A stretch of DNA of 64,000 nt, from assembly GCA_002898395.1 (NCBI GenBank), contig BEHE01000011.1, forward strand, positions 14,276 to 78,275, in the 5' to 3' direction. The position numbers and the translations under genes were made by a program. Of this stretch, positions 50,850-60,225 are shown in pieces. Below the pieces are notes generated by a model, which searched no databases, was not told the origin of the DNA, and saw nothing but the letters and a program-made list of their open reading frames with translations. Positions within the stretch are counted from its first letter, which is position 1. Every line of letters starts with the position of its first letter. The stretch comes from Candidatus Calditenuaceae archaeon HR02 (GTDB lineage Archaea > Thermoproteota > Nitrososphaeria_A > Caldarchaeales > Calditenuaceae).

Positions 50850-51980
50850 GTGGTGTTGTCGAAGGGCCTTCGCGTCGTCTTGGTGTTAGGTGTTGTAAGC
50901 CTTCTCGGGGATTTTGTCTACGAGGGTGGGAGGTCGGTTCTACCCGGTTATATGCGTCAGCTGGGGATGGGTGCATTCTTGGTTGGGAGTGTTTTGGGTT
51001 TCGCGGAGTTTGCGGGCTGGCTGGCGAGGCCTCTGGGCGGGCTGGTAGCGGATAAGACGGGTAAGTTCAGCTCCATAACCAAGGCAGGGTATGCGGGGTT
51101 GTTCGTTGTCCCTTTGATGGCTTTAGCCCGTGACTGGCTCGCGCTAGCGCTCCTAGTCTTCGCTGAGCGGATGCTTCGGGGGTTGAGAGTGCCTGCGAGG
51201 GATGCGATGCTGGCCAGGATGAGGGGGAGCGTGGGTCTTGGAACGGCTTTCGGGCTCCATGAACTCCTCGACCAGTTTGGCGCCACTGCGGGGCCGCTGC
51301 TCGCCGCAGCAGTCCTAGCATTATACAGGGACACGGGGCTCGCCCTCCTATCCCTGCTCATCCCATATCTCTTCTTGCTGATCGCTCTTCTAAGGGTCCC
51401 AGAGTATTCTGAGCCGCCGTCTCAGAGGCTTTCTCGCTCCGGGCCAACCAAACGTGTATACCTCTTCTCACTCGTCGTGGGGCTGAACGCCGCAGGCCTC
51501 CTACCCCTACCAATAATCCTATACCTCGTCTCGCTCAGTGTGAACTCGGGCTCCTGGCTGGTCCCAGCAACTTATACCCTCGCGATGATTGTGGATGCGG
51601 CCGCGGCAATAGTGCTCGGAAGGATCTTCGACAGGGCTGGGCCCCGGGTCCTAGCCTTAATGATGGTCTTGGCTACGACTCCATGCCTCTTTGTCGGTGA
51701 GAAGATAGACCTTTTACTGCTGGCAGCGGGGCTGGTTGGTGTTGTCGTCGGCGCGCAGGAGTCGGTCTTCAGGGCGATGGTGGCCCGTCTTGCGGTAGAG
51801 GGCGGTATAGGCGGCTCCTACGCGGTCTACGGCCTGGCAATAGGTGCGGGAAGCGCCGCGGCCGGCCTCGTCTATGGATTGATGGTAGACCTGGGCCTCA
51901 GCCTCCCCTACATCCTCACATACTCCATAGCCACTGAAGCCTCAGCCCTCATAATCTTCTCTAGGGCGATAAGCCCATAG
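50850..51980 (+). CDS. MFS transporter
   Basis: SLLGDFVYEG, GLVADKTG, R.P.RDAML, AFGLHELLDQFGA..GP. Confidence 0.9.
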   Translation: MVLSKGLRVVLVLGVVSLLGDFVYEGGRSVLPGYMRQLGMGAFLVGSVLGFAEFAGWLARPLGGLVADKTGKFSSITKAGYAGLFVVPLMALARDWLALALLVFAERMLRGLRVPARDAMLARMRGSVGLGTAFGLHELLDQFGATAGPLLAAAVLALYRDTGLALLSLLIPYLFLLIALLRVPEYSEPPSQRLSRSGPTKRVYLFSLVVGLNAAGLLPLPIILYLVSLSVNSGSWLVPATYTLAMIVDAAAAIVLGRIFDRAGPRVLALMMVLATTPCLFVGEKIDLLLLAAGLVGVVVGAQESVFRAMVARLAVEGGIGGSYAVYGLAIGAGSAAAGLVYGLMVDLGLSLPYILTYSIATEASALIIFSRAISP

Positions 51981-51984
51981 GGTC

Positions 51985-52633
51985 TCTCTTCAGCCTCCTA
52001 TCTTCTTGGCGTGTTTCTTAGTTTTGTGTTGCATCCTAGGGCATCTAATCTGCTCTGTGTTTATGTATTGTTGGCATTTTGAGGAGTATTTAAATCCCCT
52101 ACCATACGCATACCCCTAGCGGCGGGGGAGTCTCTCTAACCCCAGACGAGAGTGGGTTTCTCCGGGGGCTTCTTCGACGGTGATGGGGTGGGATTGATGC
52201 CAGCCTACGCGAACACCGCTGTCGAATTACTTGAATATATCAGGCAGCTTCCTACTGGGCTCGGGATAACGACGAGTCCACTGATACTAATGGCTAAGAA
52301 GGGTAGCAAATCATGGAGTCCAAAGGGACAAAAATGGGTAGAGTCTAAGAAGGATGTTTTTGTGGTCTACATCCATCCCGAGGACTATCAAAGGTTCTTA
52401 GGGAAGGTAGGAACATCGATACCCAGGAAGAAATACCCCAATTGAATTCTCGATAAAAAAGAGGATACAATATTGCAGGGATGAGATAAGAGAGGTAAAG
52501 GATTGGTGGGAATTTTGTGAGATTTTGAAGAAAAGTATCGGCAGCAGAATGATGAAGCGCAGACGAAAACCCGCCCCCTCCCTCCTTTATACCTTCTTTC
52601 TCACAACATTGAAAAAGCCCTAATTATTAAAAT
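51985..52633. mobile_element. Internally deleted Zn-finger plus LAGLIDADG element abutting tRNA-Val
   Basis: 51985-52123 matches 36028-36156; 52152-52445 encodes GFSGGFFDGDG..YANT..FLGKVG; 52339-52633 matches 29469-29759. Confidence 0.85.
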
Positions 52634-52706
52634 TGGGGCCGGCCGGATTTGAACCGGCGTCCTCCGCCGTGTAAGGGCGGCGTCATGGCCGCTAGACCAC
52701 GGCCCC
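52634..52706 (-). tRNA. tRNA-Val(TAC)
   Basis: GGGGCCG stem, CCGCC-CTTACAC-GGCGG, GGTTCAAATCC. Confidence 0.95.
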
Positions 52707-52732
52707 TATCAAAGCCACTCTCTCGCGGCGAA

Positions 52733-53296
52733 TTAATTAATCTCTTCTCGCGAATTTTTCTTTTTTCTCAGCTTTCCTAGTCTGCTCGGCTTTATGGTGA
52801 TTTTTGCGTCTGGATAGCTTATGGTTAGTTCCTTCCCCTGATGTATCCGGTCTAACGCTATTGCGAGTGCGGCTATCTCGCTGTGCGGCTGGTTTGTGAC
52901 CGCAACGTTGATGTCTGCGAGCTCGTATACCTCGATGGGCACCTTGGAGGAGCCGACGACCAGCACTATGCCGCGGGTGGCGTACGCCTCCCTAAGCTCC
53001 TCCTCCACATCTTGGATGCCGACGCCATACATTGTGAGATGTACTACGTATTCGCCCTGTGCCTTCCTCTCGGTCAAGAATCTCCTCCAGTCTTGTGTGT
53101 AGCTGGCCTTGAAGCCTCCTCCCCACTTCTCGACGACCTTGGATATGCTTTCTAGAAGGGCGGGGTCGTGGTCTCCTGCAAATACTATCTCGTCGGCCCC
53201 CAGCGCCCTCGCTGTGAGAGCGACGTGGCTTGAGACTCTCTGGTCCCTCACAACCCTATGCCCCAGCCTCAGGACGGTTATTTTTCGGCCCAACAC
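52733..53296 (-). CDS. trm56: tRNA (cytidine56-2'-O)-methyltransferase
   Basis: VLRLGHR..RDQRVSSHVALTARALGA, HLTMYG, NQPHSEIAALA. Confidence 0.95.
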   Translation of the reverse strand: MLGRKITVLRLGHRVVRDQRVSSHVALTARALGADEIVFAGDHDPALLESISKVVEKWGGGFKASYTQDWRRFLTERKAQGEYVVHLTMYGVGIQDVEEELREAYATRGIVLVVGSSKVPIEVYELADINVAVTNQPHSEIAALAIALDRIHQGKELTISYPDAKITIKPSRLGKLRKKKNSREEIN

Positions 53297-53297
53297 T

Positions 53298-53822
53298 TCA
53301 TTCTAGGAGCCTGTTTATCTCGGCTAGCGTTTCATCGACTGCTTTGAGGAGTTTGGTGTGGTCGTAGACCATTAGTTTTCCCCCGCAGCTCGGGCACTTA
53401 AAGAATTTGTCGAGGGCCTCGTCGAAGGTGTATTTTCTGCATCCCTCTCTCCCACACCAATAGAGCTGGTTGGACTCGTAGTGCCTTTTCAACATTTGTA
53501 ACCTCTCCGCGATCCTCTTCAGCTGTGTTTTGACAACCCCTTGGACCTGCTCCTGCTGAAGCCGCCAGCGGAAGACCCTCTTATTCAACTCCTTATCAAC
53601 AACTATGTCGTAGGCGACGAGTGAGAACTCGCTGAGCTGGTGGAGAAGCTTTCTAATCCTCTTCACATCCATCTGCAGTGCGTCTGCCAGCTCATCCTCC
53701 CTCATCCCAGGCCTCGCCAAGAGTAGCTTCGCCAGCTGCTCCGCCTCCACCCCACCTATAAGCCTGAAGACGGAGAGTAGCCCCTCCGTATCAATGTAAA
53801 ACATTCGGTACTCTCCATCCAT
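53298..53822 (-). CDS. tfe: Transcription factor E (TFE alpha)
   Basis: wHTH EDELADAL..IRKLL.QL, Zn ribbon C..C..TFDEA..FKCPSCG; next to trm56. Confidence 0.88.
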   Translation of the reverse strand: MDGEYRMFYIDTEGLLSVFRLIGGVEAEQLAKLLLARPGMREDELADALQMDVKRIRKLLHQLSEFSLVAYDIVVDKELNKRVFRWRLQQEQVQGVVKTQLKRIAERLQMLKRHYESNQLYWCGREGCRKYTFDEALDKFFKCPSCGGKLMVYDHTKLLKAVDETLAEINRLLE

Positions 53823-53889
53823 ACAGGAGGCGGCGGCCTCAATTATATCTATCTCTCACAGCCTAGTCCAACCTAGGTGTTGTAGAGAG

Positions 53890-54828
53890 TTGGCTGGGAT
53901 ATTGGCGGCGGAGGCGAGGAGTGTGAGATACTCTGCGGGCGGCGTGGATATTCTCAGAGACGTTAGCCTAATGGTGTTTAAGGGAGAGGTTACGGCGCTC
54001 CTCGGGAGTCCCGAGGGGGAGGCGTTAATAGGCCTGTGGGCTGGGGTTAGGCGGCCGGTTGATGGGGTAGTCTCGGTGCTGGGCCTCGACCCGCATCTGG
54101 CTGTGGAAGAGGTTGCTAGGAGGATAGGCTATCTGCCCTCCCAGCCGTGGCTGCCGCCTGAGCTGAAGCCTGAGGCGGTGGCCGCGTTGGTTGGAAGAGG
54201 CCGTGGACTCGTCCCCCATGGGGCTGTAGAGCGTCTGAGGACTATTCTAAAGCGTCTGGGCAAGGAGGGTGTGATGGGACGTAGGATAGGGAAGCTCTCA
54301 GCCGAAGAAGGGCAGGCCGTAGCGGTGGCTCTAAGTATGCTCCACGACCCCGACCTGCTGCTTCTCTCGAATCCGTTGAGGCTGCTGGGGCCCCTTATGA
54401 GGCTTGAACTCGCATCACTTTTGAAAGAGTATGTCACTCAGGGGCGGGCGGCTGTCTTGACGGTGGATTCCCTGGAAGAGGCCGGCTTCGCGGATAGGAT
54501 TGTTGTTTTCCGGGATGGGAGGATAGCTGCTGCCGGGCCTCTCGACGAGCTCTCCAAGGCGATTGGGGCTGAGAACTACTTGGTTATCCAGGCCATAGAT
54601 ACTCAGCGGACTGTCGATTATCTCGGTAAGATGCCTCAGGTTAAGAGGTTCTCCGTAGCTAGGGATGGCTCTGTAAAAGTGTGGCTGAAGGAGTTTGAAT
54701 CCGACCTGCCCGTGGTCCTGGACCTCCTACTCTCGCTGGGGTTGGGCGTGAAGCTAGTAGATGTGAGGAGGGTTGACTATCACGTGGCCCTCCTCAACTA
54801 TCTCCGGAAGGAGGCTGGGGACAGGTGA
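53890..54828 (+). CDS. ABC-2-type ATP-binding subunit, degenerate motifs
   Basis: ABC fold (RIGYLP, LS...VAVALSMLHDPDLLLL, ADRIVVFRDGRI) but no GxxGxGKT or DE. Confidence 0.75.
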   Translation: MAGILAAEARSVRYSAGGVDILRDVSLMVFKGEVTALLGSPEGEALIGLWAGVRRPVDGVVSVLGLDPHLAVEEVARRIGYLPSQPWLPPELKPEAVAALVGRGRGLVPHGAVERLRTILKRLGKEGVMGRRIGKLSAEEGQAVAVALSMLHDPDLLLLSNPLRLLGPLMRLELASLLKEYVTQGRAAVLTVDSLEEAGFADRIVVFRDGRIAAAGPLDELSKAIGAENYLVIQAIDTQRTVDYLGKMPQVKRFSVARDGSVKVWLKEFESDLPVVLDLLLSLGLGVKLVDVRRVDYHVALLNYLRKEAGDR

Positions 54829-55511
54829 GCCGGCACCTATTGTTTGAGCTTAGACTCCTCCTAGCCTCACCCCTCAGAATAGCTGTGCCCCTCATCGCAC
54901 CCCTAGCACCGCTCCTGCTCAGATATGCGGGGTTGCTGGGTCAAGATCTTGTCGCACCGCTCTTCCTCTTGATATACCAGTTTTTGGCGATGACTTATCT
55001 TCCTTGGATGTTGGGGCTTCTTAGAGGGGGCTGGAAGCTGGTCTGGCTGCTAAGGCCACCTGGCTCCACCCTATCCCTCGCCACCTCGTACTTAGGGTTC
55101 TTCGCGCTGACATCAGTTCTGCCACTGGCGGCCTATAGGCTCTTACTTCACCTCTCTGCCTCCACACCATTTGATAGCATTGCGGCATCGCTAATCATCT
55201 TCACACTGTCCATAGGCATGCTTCATCAATCCCTCGCAGCCCTTCTCCTCTCTAGGTCTCGAGACATGACGGTCGGATGGGCGGTCGTGCTCACATATCA
55301 ATCCATCCTCCTAATCCTCGCAGCATCCCTACTCTCCCAGGGATGGTCTGACACCCACACAGCCGCGGCTCTTCTCTTCCCAGCCCTCCTAGCCATGAGC
55401 CCTCAACCCCCATTGGAGACACCCCTCCTAGCCGCCGGCCCCTGCCTAATCTCCTCAATAGCATTCACATACTTGACTATTCGCGGAGCGGTAAGACCAA
55501 CCCCATCTTGA
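54825..55511 (+). CDS. ABC-2-type permease-like membrane protein
   Basis: About 6 TM, coupled to the ATPase gene. Confidence 0.6.
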   Translation: MSRHLLFELRLLLASPLRIAVPLIAPLAPLLLRYAGLLGQDLVAPLFLLIYQFLAMTYLPWMLGLLRGGWKLVWLLRPPGSTLSLATSYLGFFALTSVLPLAAYRLLLHLSASTPFDSIAASLIIFTLSIGMLHQSLAALLLSRSRDMTVGWAVVLTYQSILLILAASLLSQGWSDTHTAAALLFPALLAMSPQPPLETPLLAAGPCLISSIAFTYLTIRGAVRPTPS

Positions 55512-55536
55512 AAAGAGACCCAATTTAATAACAGGA

Positions 55537-56445
55537 TTGTCTGCGGGGTATAGCGGGTTGGCGATACTCGTCGACCGCGACACGCGGGTACTGGTCCAAG
55601 GGATAACTGGAAGGCAGGGTAGCTTCCACACTGCCGAGATGTTGAAGTATGGGACTAGGGTTGTTGCAGGCGTCACGCCTGGGAAGGGTGGGACGGAGGT
55701 GCACGGTGTACCGGTCTACGACTCGGTGGAAGAAGCGGTCAGGGAGCACCCGGAGATCGACGCATCAGTCGTGTTTGTCCCCGCGGCGGCTGCCGTTGAC
55801 GCGTGCTACGAGGCTATCGAGTCTGGGATAAGGCTTATTGTCCTGATTACCGAAGGGATACCGACCCACTGGACGATGCAGCTTGTCAGATACGCCTCTC
55901 TGAGGGGTGTTAGGATAATCGGGCCGAACACGCCTGGAGTAATCACGCCGGGGGAGTGTAAGCTGGGGATAATGCCCGGGAGCGTCTTCACCCGCGGCCC
56001 TGTGGGGATAGTCTCGAGGAGCGGGACTTTGACCTACGAGATAGCCCAGAGCCTCACGGAGAAGCGGATAGGTCAGAGCACATGTGTGGGGATAGGCGGG
56101 GACGCAGTTGTGGGGACAGGCTTCATAGAGATACTCGACTTGATGGGCAGAGACCCCCAGACCCGGTGCGTGGTCTTGGTTGGCGAGATAGGTGGAGATG
56201 CTGAGGAAAGGGTTGCGGAATACATTGTGAGGGAGAACTATCCTAAGCCGCTGGTGGCATATGTCGCGGGTAGGACTGCTCCATCAGGGAAGAGGATGGG
56301 GCACGCCGGCGCCATCATCTCGCTGGGGATGGGTGATGCCTTGACCAAGATGAGGAGGCTTAGAGATGCGGGTGCGAGGGTTGCCGAGACGCCGAGCGCG
56401 GTCGCGAGCCTAGTTGAAGAAACCCTAAAAGCCTATCGGAAATAA
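55537..56445 (+). CDS. sucD: Succinyl-CoA synthetase alpha subunit
   Basis: QGITGRQG, GVTPGKGG, IGPNTPG, SRSGTLTYE, RMGHAGA. Confidence 0.96.
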   Translation: MSAGYSGLAILVDRDTRVLVQGITGRQGSFHTAEMLKYGTRVVAGVTPGKGGTEVHGVPVYDSVEEAVREHPEIDASVVFVPAAAAVDACYEAIESGIRLIVLITEGIPTHWTMQLVRYASLRGVRIIGPNTPGVITPGECKLGIMPGSVFTRGPVGIVSRSGTLTYEIAQSLTEKRIGQSTCVGIGGDAVVGTGFIEILDLMGRDPQTRCVVLVGEIGGDAEERVAEYIVRENYPKPLVAYVAGRTAPSGKRMGHAGAIISLGMGDALTKMRRLRDAGARVAETPSAVASLVEETLKAYRK

Positions 56446-56446
56446 G

Positions 56447-57604
56447 CTATCTCGAGAAGCTCTCCTCAACTATGCCCTCAACGCTTTCATAGTCGAGCCT
56501 CATCCCATACTCGTTAAGCGCTCCGCACAGCGCCTTGAGTGTTGCTTTAACCCTCTCAGCAGTCACCTGCCCCATGCTCCCAACCCTGATCATCCTGCCC
56601 TTCTCCTTGGAGACGCCCACACCCACGTGAACCCCATACTTCTCAGCCATGATTTTTGCGACGTCAGTGTCTTGGATGTGTTTGGGTAGGTGGATGGCTA
56701 TGAGTGTCGGAGACCTGAACCGTGGTTGGGGGTATATCTCGAGCCCCAGCTCTCCTATGGATCTGTAGAAGGCCTGGGCCCCTCTCCTGTGCCTATCAAT
56801 CCACTCGTCTAGGCCGATCTCAAAGATCTTATCCAGCGAGGCGTCTAGCCCGTAGAAGAGTGTTATTGCTGGCGTGTAAGGTGTCTCCCGGCGGGACATA
56901 AACTCCCTGTGAAGGACCAAGTCGAAATAGGCTGGCCTCCTCTTGAGCGACTCAACCTTCTCCCAAGCCCTCTGGGAGACAACGACTATGGCTAGGCCGG
57001 GCGGCCCTGCGAGACACTTCTGGGTCCCCGCAACTAGAACATCTATTCCCGCGTCGTCAAAGCTGAACGGTACCCCGCCCAGAGAGGTGACCGCATCCAC
57101 TATGAGCAACGCTCCAGCACGCCTGCAGACCCCCGCAATCTCATCAATATTGGGGGTTAAGGTTCCCGTGGAGGTCTCGTTATGGACCAGCAGGACCACA
57201 TCCGCATCCCCATTCTCCTCGAGCCCTCTCTCTACGTCCTCCACGGTCGGTGCCCTATTCCACGGCACCTCCACAATGGTTGTATTCTCCGAGTAGTATC
57301 TCGCCGCCGCGGCCATCCGCTCACCGAACTGGCCGCCCACAAAGGCCAAGACCTTGTCGCCGCTCTCTATTGTGTTGGAGACCGCGGCCTCTACTCCGCC
57401 CGTTGCGGAGCAGGTAAGCAGGAAGACATCCTGCTTCGTCCCAATAACCTTCTTGAGCTTCTCTATAAGCTGGGTGTGAAACTCTCTAAACTCGTCTCCC
57501 CTATGGTTTATCAGCCGTCCACCCATGGCCCTGTAGGACTCCTCAGGAATATCAGTTGGGCCTGGAAGCATCAGGATGTCGCGCCAGCCTCTACGCAGCT
57601 CCAC
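56447..57604 (-). CDS. Class V PLP aminotransferase (serine/alanine-glyoxylate; possibly archaeal phosphoserine aminotransferase)
   Basis: MLPGPT, HNETSTG, DAVTSLGG, GTQKCLAGPPG; divergent from serA-like gene. Confidence 0.88.
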   Translation of the reverse strand: MELRRGWRDILMLPGPTDIPEESYRAMGGRLINHRGDEFREFHTQLIEKLKKVIGTKQDVFLLTCSATGGVEAAVSNTIESGDKVLAFVGGQFGERMAAAARYYSENTTIVEVPWNRAPTVEDVERGLEENGDADVVLLVHNETSTGTLTPNIDEIAGVCRRAGALLIVDAVTSLGGVPFSFDDAGIDVLVAGTQKCLAGPPGLAIVVVSQRAWEKVESLKRRPAYFDLVLHREFMSRRETPYTPAITLFYGLDASLDKIFEIGLDEWIDRHRRGAQAFYRSIGELGLEIYPQPRFRSPTLIAIHLPKHIQDTDVAKIMAEKYGVHVGVGVSKEKGRMIRVGSMGQVTAERVKATLKALCGALNEYGMRLDYESVEGIVEESFSR

Positions 57605-57630
57605 TTCCCCACTCGTGCAACAAATCCATT

Positions 57631-57664
57631 AATAAACCATCATCAAGAATAAACCATCATCAAG
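57631..57664. repeat. Perfect 17-bp tandem duplication AATAAACCATCATCAAG x2
   Basis: Seen directly in the divergent promoter region. Confidence 0.9.
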
Positions 57665-57715
57665 TCCGGGTTAATAATAAAAGCAGGGGCTACTCGGCTC
57701 GATAGTGGTCGGAGA

Positions 57716-58645
57716 GTGGTGGAGAGGGTACTCATTGCGTGCCCCTTCAGCGAGAGGCTTCTAGACGTGTTGCACGAGGCGGGGGTTGAGGTTGACTACA
57801 GGCCCAAGGCTTCGCAGGGCGAGTTCGACGAGCTGTATACGGGGTATGATGGCCTGGTGGTTAGGGGGAATATCCAGGTTAGGCCTGTCAAGGGTAGGGG
57901 GCGGCTTAAAGTCATCGTCAGGGCGGGCGCGGGTGTCGATAACATAGCCGTGGAGGAGTTTGCAGGGCTGGGCGTCAAGGTCTTCAACACCCCTGACGCG
58001 GTTGCCGAGTCTGTCGGGGAGCTGGTCATAGGCCTCATGATAAGCCTCTCCCGCGGAATAGTGAGGGCCGCAGCAGCGCTTTCTAGGGGTGAGTGGTTAA
58101 AGCAGGGCCTCATTGGCCAGGAGCTCGCCGGCAAGACCCTCGGCATCATAGGACTGGGTAGGATAGGGCGCGTAGTGGCTAGGATAGCCCACGCCATGGG
58201 GATGAGAATACTAGTCTACGACGTGGTAAAGTTTGGGGTAGAGCTCCTCGCACAGTACAAAGCCGAGCAAGTAGATCTTGAGAAGCTGTTGTCGGAGGCA
58301 GACTATATCACAATACATGTGCCACTCACAGAGGTGACTAGAGGCATGATAGGTGAGAGGGAGCTCAGGATGATGAAGAAGACCGCATATCTAATCAACA
58401 CGGCTAGGGGGCAGATCATTGACCAGGAGGCCCTGAAGCGTGCCCTGAAGGAGGAGTGGATTGCGGGTGCCGCCCTAGACGTCTTTGCCGAGGAGCCGCC
58501 GCGAGACTTGGAGCTGCTGAGCCTCCCAAATCTAATCCCCACACCACATATAGGGGCCCAGACAAAAGAGGCGCAGGAGAAGGCCGCACTCGAGGCAGTC
58601 CAAATACTGCTGAGAGAGCTTAAAGGAGTGCGGGCCTGTCCCTAG
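57716..58645 (+). CDS. serA: D-3-phosphoglycerate dehydrogenase / D-2-hydroxyacid dehydrogenase
   Basis: RAGAGVDNI, GLGRIG, INTARG, ALDVF, TPHIGAQT. Confidence 0.8.
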   Translation: MVERVLIACPFSERLLDVLHEAGVEVDYRPKASQGEFDELYTGYDGLVVRGNIQVRPVKGRGRLKVIVRAGAGVDNIAVEEFAGLGVKVFNTPDAVAESVGELVIGLMISLSRGIVRAAAALSRGEWLKQGLIGQELAGKTLGIIGLGRIGRVVARIAHAMGMRILVYDVVKFGVELLAQYKAEQVDLEKLLSEADYITIHVPLTEVTRGMIGERELRMMKKTAYLINTARGQIIDQEALKRALKEEWIAGAALDVFAEEPPRDLELLSLPNLIPTPHIGAQTKEAQEKAALEAVQILLRELKGVRACP

Positions 58646-58674
58646 GCTCCTCTCCCGCCGACTCTGGGGCGGAA

Positions 58675-60225
58675 ATGTATCGGATACTCGGCTATTGGCT
58701 TAAATACGATACGCGCTCCAGTAGAAGCGTGCCAGGTGCCAGTAAAACCCCCCTCATCGGGGCTCTAGGAGCAGTGCTGCTAGTAGTCGCGATGGCTTTA
58801 CCCGCCGCCTATGCCCAGGCCTACAACATCACGGTCGAAGATACTAGAATAAAGGTCAGGCTCACATACCCACCCGAAGTCGAGATAGGCTCCTGCTTCA
58901 ACATACAGATCGAGGTCACAGCCCTCTCAGCACTAGACGACCTCAACCTCACCCTCAAAATAATCTACTTCTACGACAGCCAGAGCCAGACCCTCTACAA
59001 CCAGGTATTGATAGACGATGTGAACGTCTTATCGCCCAGCGTCGTACTGTTCAAGAACATAGGCCTCTGTATACCCGCGCAGGTGGCTGCAGACCCCTGG
59101 CTCGAGGCGAGGCTAGCACTCAACTATCACACGGTCCCAGATGGTCTGAGGATAGATCTGGCCAATACATTCTACCTGAGCACCGTGAGGCAGGTATCGT
59201 ATAACCGGCTATCAGCCAGGCTTGCAGAAGCGAACCAAGAGATCTCGAGGCTTAGAGCCGAGGTCTCGGCCCTGAAGGCTAAGCTGGAGGAGGCTGCTGA
59301 GAGGGAGGAGGTCTTAAAGGCTAGGATAGAGGAGTTGACCCGTATCAAGGAAGACCTCGAGAAGAAGCTGGCCGAGCTTCAGACACTTAAAGACGGGCTG
59401 GAGAAACAGCTGTCAGACCTCTCAACCAAATATAGCCAGCTGCTTGTGGATAACTCCGCGCTGCAGGAGAGGTATAAGACCCTAATGGATAACTACGCCG
59501 TCCTCCAGAAGAGCTATGAGGAGCTAAGGAGGGACTATGACGCGGTCTCAAGAGACCTTGCATCGACCAGAGGCCTTTACAACGACCTCCAGTCTAGGCA
59601 CGAGGCCCTGAGGACCTCCTACGAGAGCTCTGTCAAGACTTTGGGTCAGTTGGAGGGGTCTTTGAGGGAGCTTGAGAGGCAGCGCGAAGTCATGGAGGCG
59701 ATGCTGGCCCAGGCCACGGGTGAGAGCGGCTTCTTCAAGAACGTGGCAGTAGGACAGGGGGTAGGATTGGTAGCCCTAGGTGGCGGGGTTGCCGCCTGGC
59801 TACTTATGAAGAGGAGGGGTAAGACCGCTGAAGCAGGAGGCCAATCCACCACCGCGCCCCCTTCACCTACGCCACCGCCCTCAAACCCACCCGCCCCAAC
59901 AGCAGCCAACCCAGAACAGCCAAGTGCAGCTGAGCGCGCGGCAAAGGAGCCTATCCAACCGGAAGAGGCGCCAGAGAGCGAAGTGGTCCAGAAGGTAATC
60001 TCGGGCAGGAGGGTCACTATCCCCTCCCGCCTAGCTGAGAGGCTCGGCATAGGGATAGGAGACAGCATAAAGATAGGGTTGCTCGGAGACAGGCTGGTTC
60101 TCGTCCCGATAAGGGCTAATGGAGCAGCTTATCAGCAGCCTCCTGAGCCTGCCTCACGACCTCGACACTCTTCAGAAATTCGCGACGCTCATAGTCATCA
60201 AGATCGAGCTCGATTACTCGCTTAA
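58675..60225 (+). CDS. Membrane protein: extracellular beta domain, long coiled coil, TM, Pro-rich linker, AbrB/MazE-like domain
   Basis: Heptad repeats in the central third; VQKVISGRRVTIPSRLAERLGIGIGDSIKI..LVLVP. Confidence 0.75.
   Translation: MYRILGYWLKYDTRSSRSVPGASKTPLIGALGAVLLVVAMALPAAYAQAYNITVEDTRIKVRLTYPPEVEIGSCFNIQIEVTALSALDDLNLTLKIIYFYDSQSQTLYNQVLIDDVNVLSPSVVLFKNIGLCIPAQVAADPWLEARLALNYHTVPDGLRIDLANTFYLSTVRQVSYNRLSARLAEANQEISRLRAEVSALKAKLEEAAEREEVLKARIEELTRIKEDLEKKLAELQTLKDGLEKQLSDLSTKYSQLLVDNSALQERYKTLMDNYAVLQKSYEELRRDYDAVSRDLASTRGLYNDLQSRHEALRTSYESSVKTLGQLEGSLRELERQREVMEAMLAQATGESGFFKNVAVGQGVGLVALGGGVAAWLLMKRRGKTAEAGGQSTTAPPSPTPPPSNPPAPTAANPEQPSAAERAAKEPIQPEEAPESEVVQKVISGRRVTIPSRLAERLGIGIGDSIKIGLLGDRLVLVPIRANGAAYQQPPEPASRPRHSSEIRDAHSHQDRARLLA

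Noticed and set aside
29760-52659. Shared 26-nt tRNA 3' ends as attL/attR of one 23-kb integrated element
   Set aside because: Both are complete tRNAs of different identity, the interval contains oriC, cdc6 and dp1, and no integrase is present.
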